Of a stretch of 64,000 nucleotides of DNA, positions 13,169-25,933 are shown piece after piece. Location of the stretch: assembly GCA_951804945.1 (NCBI GenBank), contig OX638153.1:66154001-66218000 (forward strand). The letters run 5' to 3'. Every line of letters starts with the position of its first letter. Positions within the stretch are counted from its first letter, which is position 1. Origin of the DNA: Podarcis cretensis. Lineage: Eukaryota. Both the position numbers and the translations under genes were made by a program. Under the pieces are notes generated by a model. It saw only the letters and a program-made list of their open reading frames with translations. It did no database searches and was not told where the DNA came from.

Positions 13169-13399
13169 CAGTGGTACCTCCGGTTACGAACCTAATCTGT
13201 TCCGGAGGTCCATTTGTAAACCAAAACTGCTCATAACATGAGGCGTGCTTTCACTAATGGCGCCTCCCGCTGCCGCCATGCAAATTCTGCTCTTATCCCG
13301 GGGCAAAGTTCGCAACAAGAGGCATCTACTTCCGGGTTAGCAGAGCTCATAACCCACAGCGTTTGCAAGGAGGGTGGTACATAACACGAGGTTCCACTG
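13169..13399. mobile_element. Tc1/mariner-type MITE
   Basis: TIRs CAGTGGTACCTC ... GAGGTTCCACTG followed by TA. Confidence 0.8.
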
Positions 13400-14334
13400 T
13401 ATTGGTTATATTGTAGAATTAAAAAGTTTAAAGTCTTCAAGGCCTTCTGGTACAAAAGGAAAGACATCTGTTCCCCCACCCTAAAATAGATCAATCTATA
13501 TGGCCTTGATCACAATTTGCTATGAGCCCAACAAGGTTTTCTGATGAGCAAATACATGCAAGTGTCAAAAGCAAGAGACTCAAACTACAAGATACAAAAG
13601 AAGGGCAAAATAAACAACGCCTACCATCAAGGCTAAAAGAGTTAGGATATGGGGAACAACTCCCTCACCAGGAATACTGCATTGCATTCTGACTTTTGAA
13701 CTTTATCAGTATTTTTTAAAGATCAAAAAGGGGAAAGATGAAAGGAAACAATTATAAATGATTTACTATAAAAAAGTAAGAGCCTTCATCTAGGACTATT
13801 GTGTCAGAAACAGTGGTCTTATTCACATGTCCAGCTTAACCATAAGGTTATGAGGATGAGTCACAGTGAGCATTGGATTCATGCCCTATCCCCTTGAGAG
13901 TGGTTGAGAAGGGATTGGGTTGTTTTAGATAAAATTCAATTTAGTGTTATGCCTCAACCCTAAACTGTGCTGAATTCAAACTACACTGAAAGAACAATAC
14001 TAAGCTCCTTGATGCCGCACCAGAGAGGGAGGGAAGGAAGAGGACATGAGCCCAGGACATGCCTTGTCTCATTCATGCTAAACTACAATTTAATACTGTA
14101 TTATGTTCAAATCAGCCAAGTGGCTTTCATGAAATGGTTTTCAACTGCTCAGATGTCTGCAAAAAGCTTTGTGTATTTTTGTGACCACATGGAGTAAGGA
14201 ACAAGGCACTTAACTGGTACAAAACTGCATTAAGCACCCATGACTGGAAGTCCCCCCACTTTTCAATCCTGGCTTACACAAATTAAGTGTTTAATAAGAT
14301 TCAAAAACAGAAGACACCAAAATTTCATGTTTAC

Positions 14335-14421
14335 CAGCTGCTCCTGGGATTATTCTTTCTGGATAGAGATCTGTTAAGAACAGGCTGTTTATTAGAGTAG
14401 ATTTTCCCAAGCCAGATTCAC
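14335..14421 (-). CDS. SEPTIN2: SEPTIN2 coding exon with P-loop ([29 protein letters not shown])
   Basis: tag|GT GAA TCT GGC...GCT G|gtaaac; 87 nt. Confidence 0.97.
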
Positions 14422-15831
14422 CTATGAATCAATATGAAAATAAAACCGTAAGAAAGTATTACATATTAATGAATCAGCAGAAGGTTGGACCTTTCACTAT
14501 TGTACATCGTTACCTATTTCAAACTTGGCAACAGACAATGAACAGTTAATATTCTTCAGGCTTACAAAGCACACCTTCTAAATAAGTTAGTATTGTGACA
14601 ATTATTTTCAGTGTTCCCTGCATGTAGGAACAAGCTCTTTCTGGGAGAAACCCAATTATGGGGAAAGCTTCACATCTTGACATTCTGCCTATCAGACATC
14701 TTAATACTTGTGTGTGTTCCCAGACTTATTTTTGGGAACTCCAAACCACCTGCAAAAGAGATTACTAATTTGCATATGGCAAAAAATGTGTGCAATTTTT
14801 TGTGTAATGTTATTTTGTTATCCTGCCCTGTTAACAGTATCAAAGAGGGGCAGGCTATAAATCTTTTAAATAAATAATTAACTAAGGAATGTCTTGGAAT
14901 GGAAAGCAGCATTGTTTCAGATGGTGGCACGGATCTAATTTGCACTGCAGGTTAGCATCACTATAATAATCTTTACAAGCGTTTGGACAATTTTATCTGA
15001 AATACCACATTAACCATTTATTCTTTCATATGCTAGAGCATTGAATGGGTTACCCAGAAGCTGAATGATCAACTTTCCTGATTCCCTAATTTTACTTAAA
15101 TGCTTGATTTATGCAAGTTTGGTAGCAAAATGATTGTACAGTAATTAAAAAATAAATAAATCAGCAGGTTTAGAGAAAATATTACCTCCAGATTACTGGA
15201 ACATCATTAATGTATGATGGTACACTGAAAAGAATGGGACTGACTTCTGAGCTCACATGTGTAGGATTACCTGTCATAACGATGGTAACTGCTCACAGAG
15301 GATATAGATAGAAAAATTGTTTTATGGAGCAGCAACACTTAGGCCATTTTGCAGCATCTTTGAAATCTGGCCGCAACACACCCAGAAGGGTTCCTGAAGT
15401 CCACTACATTTTAGGGAGCAGGTCCTGAACATGTTACTAGTTTCTGCTGCTAGAGCTTTTGAAGCCCATGTATTATAAGAATCTTGAAATAAGTCTTTAA
15501 AGTTTATTTTTTCAGATTTTTCGCATACAAAACTGCCTTTTAATAATGAGAGGCAATAATAAGCAAGCAAGTACTGTACTCTGATTGGAAGTGACTTCCC
15601 AAGAGGCATTTCCGAAACCTGCTATCAGAGAACCTTAAAAAAGATTTCAGCAATGGAAGCAGGCACACTACTCTATAACTGAGTTAAAGATTCTTTAATA
15701 GGTTCAGATTTATACCTGCTAGTTCTTGTGAATAATGATTACTTCAGATATAATGTCTATACAGGACCTTCAAGAACAAAATTATGAATAATTACTAAAT
15801 TCGACTTTATTAAAATAAAAAGTGATCTTAC

Positions 15832-15955
15832 CAACCACCATAAGGGTGAACTCAAAGCCTTTTTTCACAGACTTCCGATGAACCTGGTTTGGAAGGTTTG
15901 CAAATCCAACATAACCAGGAGTTTCTGGATTTGTAAACTTTTCAGCAGGCTGTTG
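15832..15955 (-). CDS. SEPTIN2: SEPTIN2 coding exon ([41 protein letters not shown])
   Basis: ctcag|CAA...GTT G|gtaag; 124 nt; includes the polybasic helix. Confidence 0.96.
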
Positions 15956-16894
15956 CTGAGAAGAAAAGAATGTAAAATTAAGATTATTAGTTTAAATACT
16001 ATTACATTCTGCTATTTTGAGGTGGAAAAATTGTTCATGGAAAAGCTACCTACTCTACTCTCTACACCTCCTTTGATTGTTCCTTCCTCTTGACTCCAAT
16101 TGTGGAGTCTGGCCTGGCTCAAAAAAACCATTCCAGGCTTCTTACACCACAATTTATTACAACAGAAGTATCAGGACTGAAACCCTTTCCCTTGCCCCTC
16201 TTTGCCATTAACGAACTCTGGCTTGTTTTAAGACAGAATTCCCAACACAGGTGTACCTAGGGTCCCTTGCACTCTTGGTAAGGAGCTGTGTTGGCACGTC
16301 CCCTCCCCCACCCGGAAATATCACTTTACTGCAGAGGACAGGAAGCTTTTCCTGCATTTGATCTCACCATGACAGCAGCGTCACATTGTCACACACATAT
16401 ATATGTCATGCACTCCATAATCCAATATCCGATTTCTGCGTTCCCGACAAGGGGTGGGTTTTGCTAGCCCCTAGGTACGCCTCTGATTTCCAACCCTGAC
16501 ATAGCCAGGATTTTCAACCAAAAAGGAAGGAGGAGTGTTTGGCCCAGACACAGGACAGAGGGAGTGCATCTGTTCCTGCTTCTAGGGCTCTCAGCAGTTT
16601 TTTTATACTGTTGGCTACAGTATCTTCCAGGACTAGCTCTGTTGGATAGTTTTAGGGGCACTTTTTTAGTGGTTCTATTCCTACCTGTAGGGCTGTGCCC
16701 AGAGAATAACACTGGGAGGTTGCGTCTCAGTCCCATGATCCTTGTGTTATTGTGTACCGCAGGGCACAATCTTGTTGCCAATATGCTGCTATTAGTAGCA
16801 GCTATTACAAGTTATGGGGCAAAGCATAATCAGTACACTGGTGACATGTAGCTCTATTTCTCCATAACATCTGAGTTAGGAAAGGCTGAACATA

Positions 16895-18009
16895 GGGGGC
16901 CACTAGGTGGCGCATCGGAAGATGGCTGACAATAACATCTCTCCGACCCACACGAGGTAATTTGGAGGCTATGATGGGGGTAATTAGCCTCCTTAACCCC
17001 CCCAGGATTATGGGGGGGCGGCCCTTGCCTGCTGTGCCCTATACCACCCCCGAATTTGTGGGGGTGGGGGCACTAGGCACAAAGCCCTCCTGTGGGATTA
17101 TCGGCACTCCTCGACGCCGTCCCCGATTCGCGCCGCTGGTTGCAATGATCTTTAAAAGAAATAATTTGGGCATGATTAATTGCACATACATCAAGGAAAA
17201 AGGGGAGTAAATACTGCTGACAGAAGAGATCTCTGATAACAAGACAACAATAAAATACGAGAAGAACGTCAAGATACGGTAATGACTGAGGGGGGAGGGG
17301 GGGAAAAACCTGCCTCTACCTTTTTATGTGATTTAACAAGAATCCCCCTCCCCTAATGAGTCAGAAATTAAGGACTTAAGCTGTGGATTTAAGGCTGTGT
17401 GGAGATAAACTTTCCATCCAAAGCAATGTTTCAAGATGAAGCTGGAAAGCTAAGAGTTTTGGAGTGACGCAGTCAGGAAAAAATGCCGTTCGCCATTTTG
17501 TGAGGCATTGTGGGAGCTCTTGGGTCTGGGAGGAGAAAGAGAGAAATAGAGTTGTTTACATATCGTGAATCAACTCCTCGGTGGGACTTAAGAGCGACAA
17601 ATGCCAAAATTTACGATGGATAAAGTGATGTTATCTACGAAGGAGATATATGGAAACCATCTGGACTTAGTGGAGGAACGGGAAATCCACACAGGATTAT
17701 TACATTTGCTATCGGCTTAAGGAGACTAACAGAAGAGATCGTAAAGGAAAAAGAGAAATTATACGAACAAGATATGATGTGGCAATACCAAGATAAGACT
17801 GGATAGAATTATGAACTTTGTTTGGACTGATTGGGACTGATTTGGACATTAACGCAGTAATAAGAAGATGATCTGAATTCCCCTTTGGATCTTGAAGTAT
17901 GGGTTCCCCCAACAAAATTTAAAAATTTGGCTTTGTAATTCGGAATTTATATGATGTGATTTAATTTGATGTGATTGGCCAGTTAATAAAAATTATTTTT
18001 TTTTAAAAA
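16895..18009 (+). mobile_element. Non-autonomous L1-like retroelement with 17-bp TSD
   Basis: TSD AGGAAAGGCTGAACATA at 16878-16894 and 18010-18026; GC-rich 5' end; AATAAA and short A tail at the 3' end. Confidence 0.75.
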
Positions 18010-18119
18010 AGGAAAGGCTGAACATAAACTTTAGTCTGAACCCCGGAAATAGGAGTCACTGTGAGTGAGTGGTTCCCCTGTCTGGGAAAATGGCCAATTG
18101 CTTCCTCTGCCTGTGGCTG

Positions 18120-18860
18120 CACTCAGACTGAAAGAACAGGTTTTTAGTTTGTGGATGCTCCTGAATCCATCTCTCATTTGAGGCTTAGGCAGTCTCAGTG
18201 CCTAGGAGAGCATTTCACCAGCTACAGGTGGTATGCAAACTATGGTCATTATTGGATAGGGATAGCCTGGCCATGACGATTCATGCATTGGTAACTTCAA
18301 GACTTGATTACTGCAAATGCAGTCTACGTGGTGCTACCTTTGTGCTTGGTCTGGAAGCTCCTGGTGTAAAGTTATGCAGCTAGACTTTTGGTGGGGAAAG
18401 ACTACTGTCAGCACATAACCTGAGTGCTTAGAATCCTGCATTGACTGCCGATGTTACCAGGCCAAGTTAAAGGTTATTGTACAAATATACACTGATTTTT
18501 GGTCTAAGATACCTTAAGGAGTGCCTGATTCTTTACATCTCAGTTTGATCACAGAGATCTTTGGGGGATGCTTTGTTTGTTGACTCCCACATGACTCAGA
18601 TGCGCAGCTCATGTCCACCAGGAGCTGTGCAATCAGCTCTGTGCAACTTCACCTTGGCTAAGATCAGACAGGCACCCTCCCTGTTGAAATTCAGGTGCTT
18701 GATAAAGGCTTTAAAGTAAATTTTATTAGGCCTATTTTCTGATTACCTGTGGTTTCTATACTTTTAAGCAGCATATTATTTGACTTATCCACTGCTTTAT
18801 TTATTGTTCTGTAACTTGATTTGAGACAATTTATGGTGAAAAGTGACATATAAGTATTGG
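18120..18860 (+). mobile_element. Old L2 LINE fragment
   Basis: ORF 18198..18383 contains IHALVTSRLDYC, an L2 ORF2 motif; frameshifted downstream. Confidence 0.7.
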
Positions 18861-19121
18861 AAATAATAATTTTAAAATAATAAATAGAAATAGTACTAAG
18901 TGACATGGTAAAAAGACTGCGGGAGAAAACATGACTTTTATTTCCATAGAGGTAGAAGTAGTTTTAAAAAATCCATCCAATCCATCACCTAACATGGATT
19001 AACATTGAGATTTTTTAGAGAGTATAAAAGCAACATGATTATATTCCTTCATTAGTTAATTTAGCACACCAGTATCAAAGAACAAACCATCAAAATAGTT
19101 ATGAGAAAAGGCACATCTTAC

Positions 19122-19130
19122 CTTGGACAT
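19122..19130 (-). CDS. SEPTIN2: SEPTIN2 first coding exon (MSK); whole exon 19122-19149
   Basis: ccccag|ATTCTTCACCTCCATAAAC ATG TCC AAG|gtaag on the minus strand. Confidence 0.9.
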
Positions 19131-20841
19131 GTTTATGGAGGTGAAGAATCTGGGGGGAGAGAGATCAGTTTTAATCAGAGATATTTAAAAGCAGGCATTT
19201 GAGAGATTATACAAAATTTGGGGGGGGGGGACCCACAGAAAATTGTTTAAAATTGATAAAATCTTATTAAATTTCTGTGAAAAGGAGCAAGTGAAAGAGA
19301 TTTTGGTAAAATGGCAAAAACTGAAGAGATGTCAACCGTGTGGTTAGTACATGACCCTGTACTAAAACAGTATTGGAGTAAAATAAAAACCTTAACTGAG
19401 AAGGTAGTGCGTTCTCTCTTTTAACCTCCACAAAATATCATCTTTCAAGAACTGACTAGCTAGATAGTAACCACTAGGTCATGATATGATAAATGCTGGA
19501 AGTAACATAAATACCAAACATATATGAATGGGTAAATTATTAACAGCCAAACTGACATCTTTTATAATAAAAGAAAATGATCAAATGGGAAAAGTATTTT
19601 AATAATGTCATATCTACATGCTTGAGTGTAATTCTGGGAACACATTTTGAAGTTGTGACTTAAGCACCAACATCCATAATATCCTGCAGAATAAGAGTGT
19701 GAAATCCGAGTGGAATTCCTAATAATTAAATACTGCATATGCCTGTTTCAATAGGAAATAGCTCTCTGTGGACATCAGAATTATGTATGGAGCTGAACCC
19801 GCCCACGACTGGAATGTGGGCCCCCTGAGAGCTTTCCACCCAGCATGTCCTCAACCTACAAAGGTTTTGCCCCTATAGCTCATACATGCACAAGTAGAGA
19901 GCTATTGTTGGGGGAGAATTTTCATTTCGCTCGTAACTCAACTTTGAAGTATAAGCGCTGAGGAAGTTATCCAGATAGATGCAGGAGTCGGGAGAACTTA
20001 ATCCAGACTCCCACTCCGTAAGCGAGAATCGCACATCCTCTGCAAACTGCCCCCCTAGAAGGCCCACCCAGCACGTCACTCCTGCTCTTTCAGCACACAC
20101 GACACATCCCCAACCTCCAACCGGAAATCTGTCGCTATACAGAGCGAGCACAGCTGTGCTGCTCTTCTCCGCAATGGCATTTTGGAAATCCTCCACTTTC
20201 GAGGAGGGCAAGGCGCCCCCCGCCCGCCCCCGTCTCTTTTGGAGGAGAAACACCCACCGGAATAATGAACCCTTCCCGATTTCATAAGCGATTTTCCTCC
20301 CTCGCCATCCCGTGCTTGACTGTCTCGTAGTAGCGTGGGAAGGAGCACCCAATGGTCATCTAGTCTCCACAAACACACACACACACCCTACATACAATAC
20401 CGTGATCGCAAGTGTTTTTGAGAGCCCCCTTCCCCGATGCGTTTTCGTGGATAAGTCACGTTTGCAGTCAGCTAAACTTGCTGACCCATCTGTCTTTTTG
20501 GCGGCGGAGATACAGCGTCAGTCGCAACCCATTTCCTCCCCCGACACACCCCTTTCCCCATTTCCTTCCAGCCCGCTCTTCCCTGCTCCCACCCGAGGCG
20601 AAAATGCCGCCCGCGAGGCAGCGGAGGGGCTGAAACCAGAGCAAGGGATGGCGGGCGGGGTATTTCTCGCCTGAAAAGCGAGGTTTCCCCCCCCCCCCCT
20701 CGCCTCACAGAGAGACAGGCGGCGGCTCCCAGCGGGCCACACGAACGCACGCGGGCGCGCGCCAAGGGAAGGAGCCCACGGCCACCATCCCCCCGCGGTT
20801 GCCCAGCCCCAGAGAGAACCTCCTCACGGGCAACGCCTCAC

Positions 20842-20930
20842 CTGGCAGCCGCGCCCCGTCCTCGCTTGCTAAACCGCCGCCGCAAATCTTCGAACCCGCC
20901 CAACCGCTTCACGGAGTTCCGCGGCGCATG
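20842..20930 (-). other. SEPTIN2: SEPTIN2 putative non-coding exon 1
   Basis: Minus-strand donor CAG|GTGAGG (GT at 20841-20840) inside the CpG island; the 5' end is estimated. Confidence 0.6.
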
Positions 20931-21213
20931 CGCGCTGGCGCCTTCCCACCCCCTCCCGCGGCCTGTGTCCTTAACCCGTCTCCATCCGCAGCGTGAGGCA
21001 AAGACAAGCCTCTTCGCGAAAAGCGCCCCCGCCCCGCGGCCCAGCCTTCGCACGCGACAAAAGCATGGGGGTGGGTAGTAACAAAGGCGCGTGCGCGACT
21101 CAGCCAATACTGGCTCGCTCAGCCCCGCCTCCCCCAGTTGCTATAGTGATACCCGAGGGCAAGGATGGGGGGGGAGGAGTTTCCCCCTTTATCTTGGCGG
21201 GTCACGCACAATC

Positions 21214-21281
21214 CTTTTCCTTTACCAAGATGGCGGCTGGTCCTTCGTATTCGGCATAGCTGTGCTGCGAGCCCATGCGAG
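21214..21281 (+). other. HDLBP: HDLBP putative non-coding exon 1a
   Basis: Pyrimidine initiator CCTTTTCCTTT, YY1 motif, strong donor GAG|GTAAGA at 21281/21282. Confidence 0.7.
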
Positions 21282-22938
21282 GTAAGAACGTATGCCTCCC
21301 GCAGGCCAGCCAGAACGTAAAGCGTGGAGCGGTAAAGGTATACACGGAGCAATTTGCTAGTTTGACCTTTCTTTTCATGAAGGTTTTGGGCCATGGCGAG
21401 ATCACATTACCGAAACAGGGCCTGCAACGCGCGGGAGCTCCGATATTAACCCTCATTAGTAACTCTATGGTGTCTTCAATTTCAATTGGCTGCTGGAGGG
21501 CACGTGGTGTCACTTGCCCAGTACCATAGAGAGTGCGGGAATGAGAGGTCGTAGGGGGATAGGCTAGAGGTGACCAGCTGTGGGAGTTCCTTTGCATTAC
21601 TTCGTATTAGGTTCCAAACGGCGAACCTTGCGCTTGTCTCTTAACCCAGTAATTCATTGCAAGCCGTGAAAACTATAAGTGATCTCGAGCCCGCATTTTC
21701 CACTCCCACAGAAGCAAAATCATGTGTGTAAAATGTTCCCTACTATAGGATAGCCAGATACAATTCTCACAAAAGGGATGGGGTCTTTCCTCATCGCTAC
21801 ATGCCAATCACCTAGCAAATGCCATATATTAAGCTACTGGTAATGTACAGAAGCCCTGCTCTCCTTTGCACCTGGTGACCCTGTTATGTTCATGGACTAC
21901 TGAGACCCATACAATGGAGAATTTAGCACTTGTTCATACTATTTTCTGCCAGGCTGACACATCTCTGGCTTTGAAAAGCCCTTCATCTCGGTTTTATGCT
22001 GTGCTTAAATTACAAAGGCCAGCTGTTTTTGTGAATTTGATGTTGGCCCAGGCTACAATAGCTTCCCCATTTGCCACTTTACAGATTTTATTACATCTTT
22101 TTATAACATTTATTTAAGATTTTTTTTTGTTATACGTATCTGAAAATAAGTCTCATTGAACTCTGCAGGACTTATTTTAGAGTAGCCATGCATTAGAGTG
22201 CACTGCAGCAAGACAACATTACCAGTCTTATTAGTAGTCCTGGGTTTGCATGTTATGAATTGGTAGCTTGCTAATGAATAAAAGAATAGATGCAGAAGAG
22301 TAGAAATAAGCAGGATATTTTTGCAACAAAGGTAGAAACTTCCAAAGCTCTGTAATTAGACAAGAATTATTTAACTTACTAATAAATGATTAGGAACTGG
22401 TATGAACTGCAAGATAACCATTTGCAGAATTTGAGTTGGTGTGATCTCAGCAAAATTTGAAGAGCTTGAAATGGAACTCTTCCAATCAGGTTAGTGAGTA
22501 ACAGAAAATGCAGATTCAGTTGCTAATCCCCTGCAAATTTACTTTAAAGCAATTCTTGTTTTGCATGATGGGACATGCAACACAATCCTGTGTGTTTTTA
22601 CTTAGAAGTAAGGTCTACTGGCTGAATGACAGCTTTCTTCTGAATAACTATTTAGAATTTCATTTCCGACATACACTGCTAAAGTTTGGTCTGCAGTCAT
22701 ATCCCCTACTTGCATTCTTCCTCAATGAAGCCTAAATGTGTAACAGCATTTGCTTCCACTTCTCTCTTACTACCAGTTCCTATCCTGTTCCTAGTCTCTG
22801 TCACTTATTGTCTCAAATACCAACAGAATGTAGATTTCAAAAATGCAAGGAATTGGGCTCTTCACATGCTCAAAATAAAGCATGCATATTTAACAGCATT
22901 TTATTTTTTAAAAAACTTGTATCTAGTATGGTCTACAT

Positions 22939-23181
22939 CAGGGGTCAGCAAACTTTTTCAGCAGGGGACCAGTCCACTGTCCCTCAGACCTTGTGGGGGG
23001 GCCAGACTATATTTTTTGGGGGGAAATCAACGAATTCCTGTGCCCCACAAATAACCCAGAGATGCATTTTAAATAAAAGGACACATTCTACTCATGTAAA
23101 AACACACTGATCCCCAGACAGCCAGGTTTAGAAGGTGATTGGGCTGGATTCGGCCCCTGGGCCTTAGTTTGCCTACCCATG
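22939..23181. mobile_element. hAT-type MITE with 8-bp TSD
   Basis: TIRs CAGGGGTCAGCAAACT / AGTTTGCCTACCCATG; perfect TSD GTCTACAT at 22931-22938 and 23182-23189. Confidence 0.85.
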
Positions 23182-24075
23182 GTCTACATGGTGAATTATG
23201 GTTTTTTGAATAATTCAGTATTCTTCCTGGTCAGATAGCATGAATTCAACTATTGTCTTATAACTTTTTGAAGAATGCTGAGACAGCCATTTTTTTAAAA
23301 ATGCTTTTTTTGTCCCTTGTAGCTTTTCACTTCTCTTAAGCAATGCAGATAATTTAAACACACATCCATAAACATTTCAAATGAAGGAACCACTCTTAAT
23401 ATTAAGATTGCTTAGATAATGGCCTAGTTGGGATGATTTTATCTCTGTTTAATAAGCCGAGATATGTACAAGCCTTTTTCATGTACACAGCCCCTTCACT
23501 CCTCCCTTTGTGGTATGAGTAATCAAACTAGGAAGTCTCACTGATTAATCTTGGTTTCCCATTTCATCTGTACCAGGGAACTGTGATTACCAGCTTTTGA
23601 GCAAGCCAGGCTAGTAACTCATAGTTACTGAAGTTAATAGCCAGAATTTCCTGACTTTGTTGAAATGATAAACCATGGTTAGAGACTCCCTCGCTTGATT
23701 GCTGAAGCCATAATAAAGGAAGGTGTGAAGGAATTGTGTGCATGGACAAAATATGAAGTATGACCCTCTGAATGTGGTAAATCAGTTTAACAACAGAAGC
23801 AGTTCTTACCTTCCCTATTTGGAAAATTTCCTTTCCCTTGAGATACCTATTGGTAAAGTTTGGTGTACAGATATTTAACTTCCAGCTACCAATGAATATT
23901 GAGGGTGAAAGGTGTATGTACAGTGTATGAAAGTTTTCATATCACTTGAAACAACACATTTACACAGTTCATATTGAGCAGTTAAATAATACTGAGCACA
24001 AGTAAGCTAACAGATCTAAATTGTAGATAAATTTGTATTGAATTGCAGCTTTATGGTGAAATAACCATCAAACGT

Positions 24076-24442
24076 AGGGACGCGGGTGGCGCTGTGGGTT
24101 AAACCACAGAGCCTAGGACTTGCTGATCAGAAGGTTGGCGGTTTGAATCCCTGTGACGGGGTGAGCTCCCGTTGCTCGGTCCCTGCTCCTGCCAACCTAG
24201 CAGTTTGAAAGCACATCAAAGTGCAAGTAGATAAATAGGTACCGCTCTGTGGGGAAGGTAAACGGTGTTTCCGTGCGCTGCTCTGGTTTGCCAGAAGTGA
24301 CTTAGTCATGCTGGCCACATGACCCGGAAGCTGTCTGCAGACAAACGCCGGCTCCCTCGGCCAATAAAGCGAGATGAGCACTGCAACCCAAGAGTTGGTC
24401 ACAACTGGACCTAATGGTCAGGGCTCCCTTTACCTTTACCTT
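24076..24442 (+). mobile_element. Sauria-type SINE, full length, 14-bp TSD
   Basis: tRNA-like head GGGACGCGGGTGGCGCTGTGGG...GGTTTGAATCC; (ACCTTT)n tail; TSD TAACCATCAAACGT at 24062-24075 and 24443-24456. Confidence 0.9.
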
Positions 24443-25135
24443 TAACCATCAAACGTGGCAGAGGTCTACAAATGTTGAATTGGATAATGAACCAGCTGTC
24501 ATGTCTGGCCAATCCCTCCCTTCTCCCAAGGCTTCAGACTTTCACCCAAGATAAAAGTGAGAACTTATTTCATTTGCACTGGCATATGGAGAACGTATAT
24601 GGCAGGAATATCTCCTCAGAAGAAATCCCTGTTATTTTTGTCCAGACTGCCGCACAAGTGAAAACTGTCAGGTGGAAATCTTGTGCTGAGTGTCCTGTAT
24701 GCCAGAGGGCCTGCAGTGAGTTGGCAAGTGGAGTTATGCAAGCCTGAACCCTCAGGTATTAAGCCTATCTTGCTGCATGGGCTGGGCCAGCCTTCCCCAA
24801 TCTGGTGCCCTCCAAAGATTGTTAGACCTAAACATTGTTAGTTCCTGCCAGTATCACCAATGGCCAGGGATGATGGGAGTTATAGTGCAAAACATTTGGA
24901 GGGCACCAGGTTGGGGGAAACTGGATAAGACAGCTTTAGTCACTGATGGTATTATCATGCAGCATTATATCTTCAAATGTAATTACAAACGCTTAGCCAT
25001 CTTTATGGTCACAAATTCCTTGAATGAATAAATTAATTATACCATCATATTATTCATATGGATGCCCTTTGAGACTACCAGAAACAAGTTTTGCAAGATT
25101 AGATAAATATAAGACCCCTGGTCTTATATGTAGAC

Positions 25136-25933
25136 CAGGGGTCCCCAGCCTGTGGCTCCTGAGCTGCAGGTGGCCCCCAAACTCTTTCAGGGCAGCTCCC
25201 AAGCTACTTGGCTGCTGCTGTTACTCTCCTGGCTTTTTCCTTCAGCCCTACACTGTTTCTCATTGTCCCGAGGGACACCATCTACTGCCACTGTCCTGTG
25301 CTTCCCCTGCAAATATACACCAGCTTCATTTTTTCTTCTGGCCTCCAAGTAGCACCATAGTGGCCTCTGTATATAGGAATGTTTCCAAATCCATTTGAAG
25401 TGGCACCGGAAGAGGCAAGTGAATTATTTTCAGATGAAATTCGTTGATTTGCAAGCCAATGATAATCCCAGTGATATACAAATAGTTTTTTATTCTGGCC
25501 TACCTGATATATTTACCAACCTAAAGAAATTTGCTGCAGGCATACTTATAGTCTTTGGCACCACATAGATTTTTTTTTCAAAGATGAAAATTGTCAAATC
25601 CAAGTGTGGGTCAAAACTTACAAATGGACATTTACGTGGCATTTTAAGAGTGTCTGTCACAGACTTTAACCTGGACATCAGTGCCTTGGCTAACAGAAAA
25701 CAACCACAGAAATGACCAGGTAAGCATGTGAGGACATAGATTCTATAATACTTAGATTGTTTCAAAATGGATTGAGTTCAGGTTAACATTTCTTCGTTGA
25801 CCTCTGGCTTTTTACTTTTGACCTTGATTAGCAAATTAATAATGTTGAGTCCCATTTTGATTCAAGCTGCCACCCTCTTTAGGCATTGGAATCTTGAATA
25901 TGGCCCCCACGTGTCACAAGGTTGGGGACCCCA
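25136..25933 (+). mobile_element. Internally deleted hAT/Charlie-like DNA transposon with transposase C-terminal remnant
   Basis: TIRs CAGGGGTCCCCAGCCT / AGGTTGGGGACCCCA; near-TSD ATGTAGAC/ATATAGAC; broken frames read QMKFVDLQAND...NLKKFAA...VFGTT...FSKMKIVKSKCGSKLTNGHLRGILRVSV (hAT dimerization-like). Confidence 0.75.

Larger units (their letters stand above)
2538..20930 (-). other. SEPTIN2: Septin-2 gene span (13 exons; outer limits approximate)
   Basis: Spliced minus-strand exons give [53 protein letters not shown]...DTPGYGD...AKAD...GHKV*, with septin G1/G3/G4 GTPase motifs; coding exons sum to 1092 nt (363 aa + stop). Confidence 0.95.
20300..21560. promoter_or_regulatory. CpG island / bidirectional SEPTIN2-HDLBP promoter
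   Basis: Dense CpG; NRF1 palindrome GCGCATGCGC 20924-20933; CCAAT 21104-21108; GC box 21124-21129; YY1/TISU CAAGATGGCGGC 21226-21237; divergent donors at 20841 (-) and 21282 (+). Confidence 0.85.

Noticed and set aside
19873-21597. ORF cluster over the bidirectional promoter
   Set aside because: Same GC artefact, with no recognisable domain; only the short uORFs are retained.
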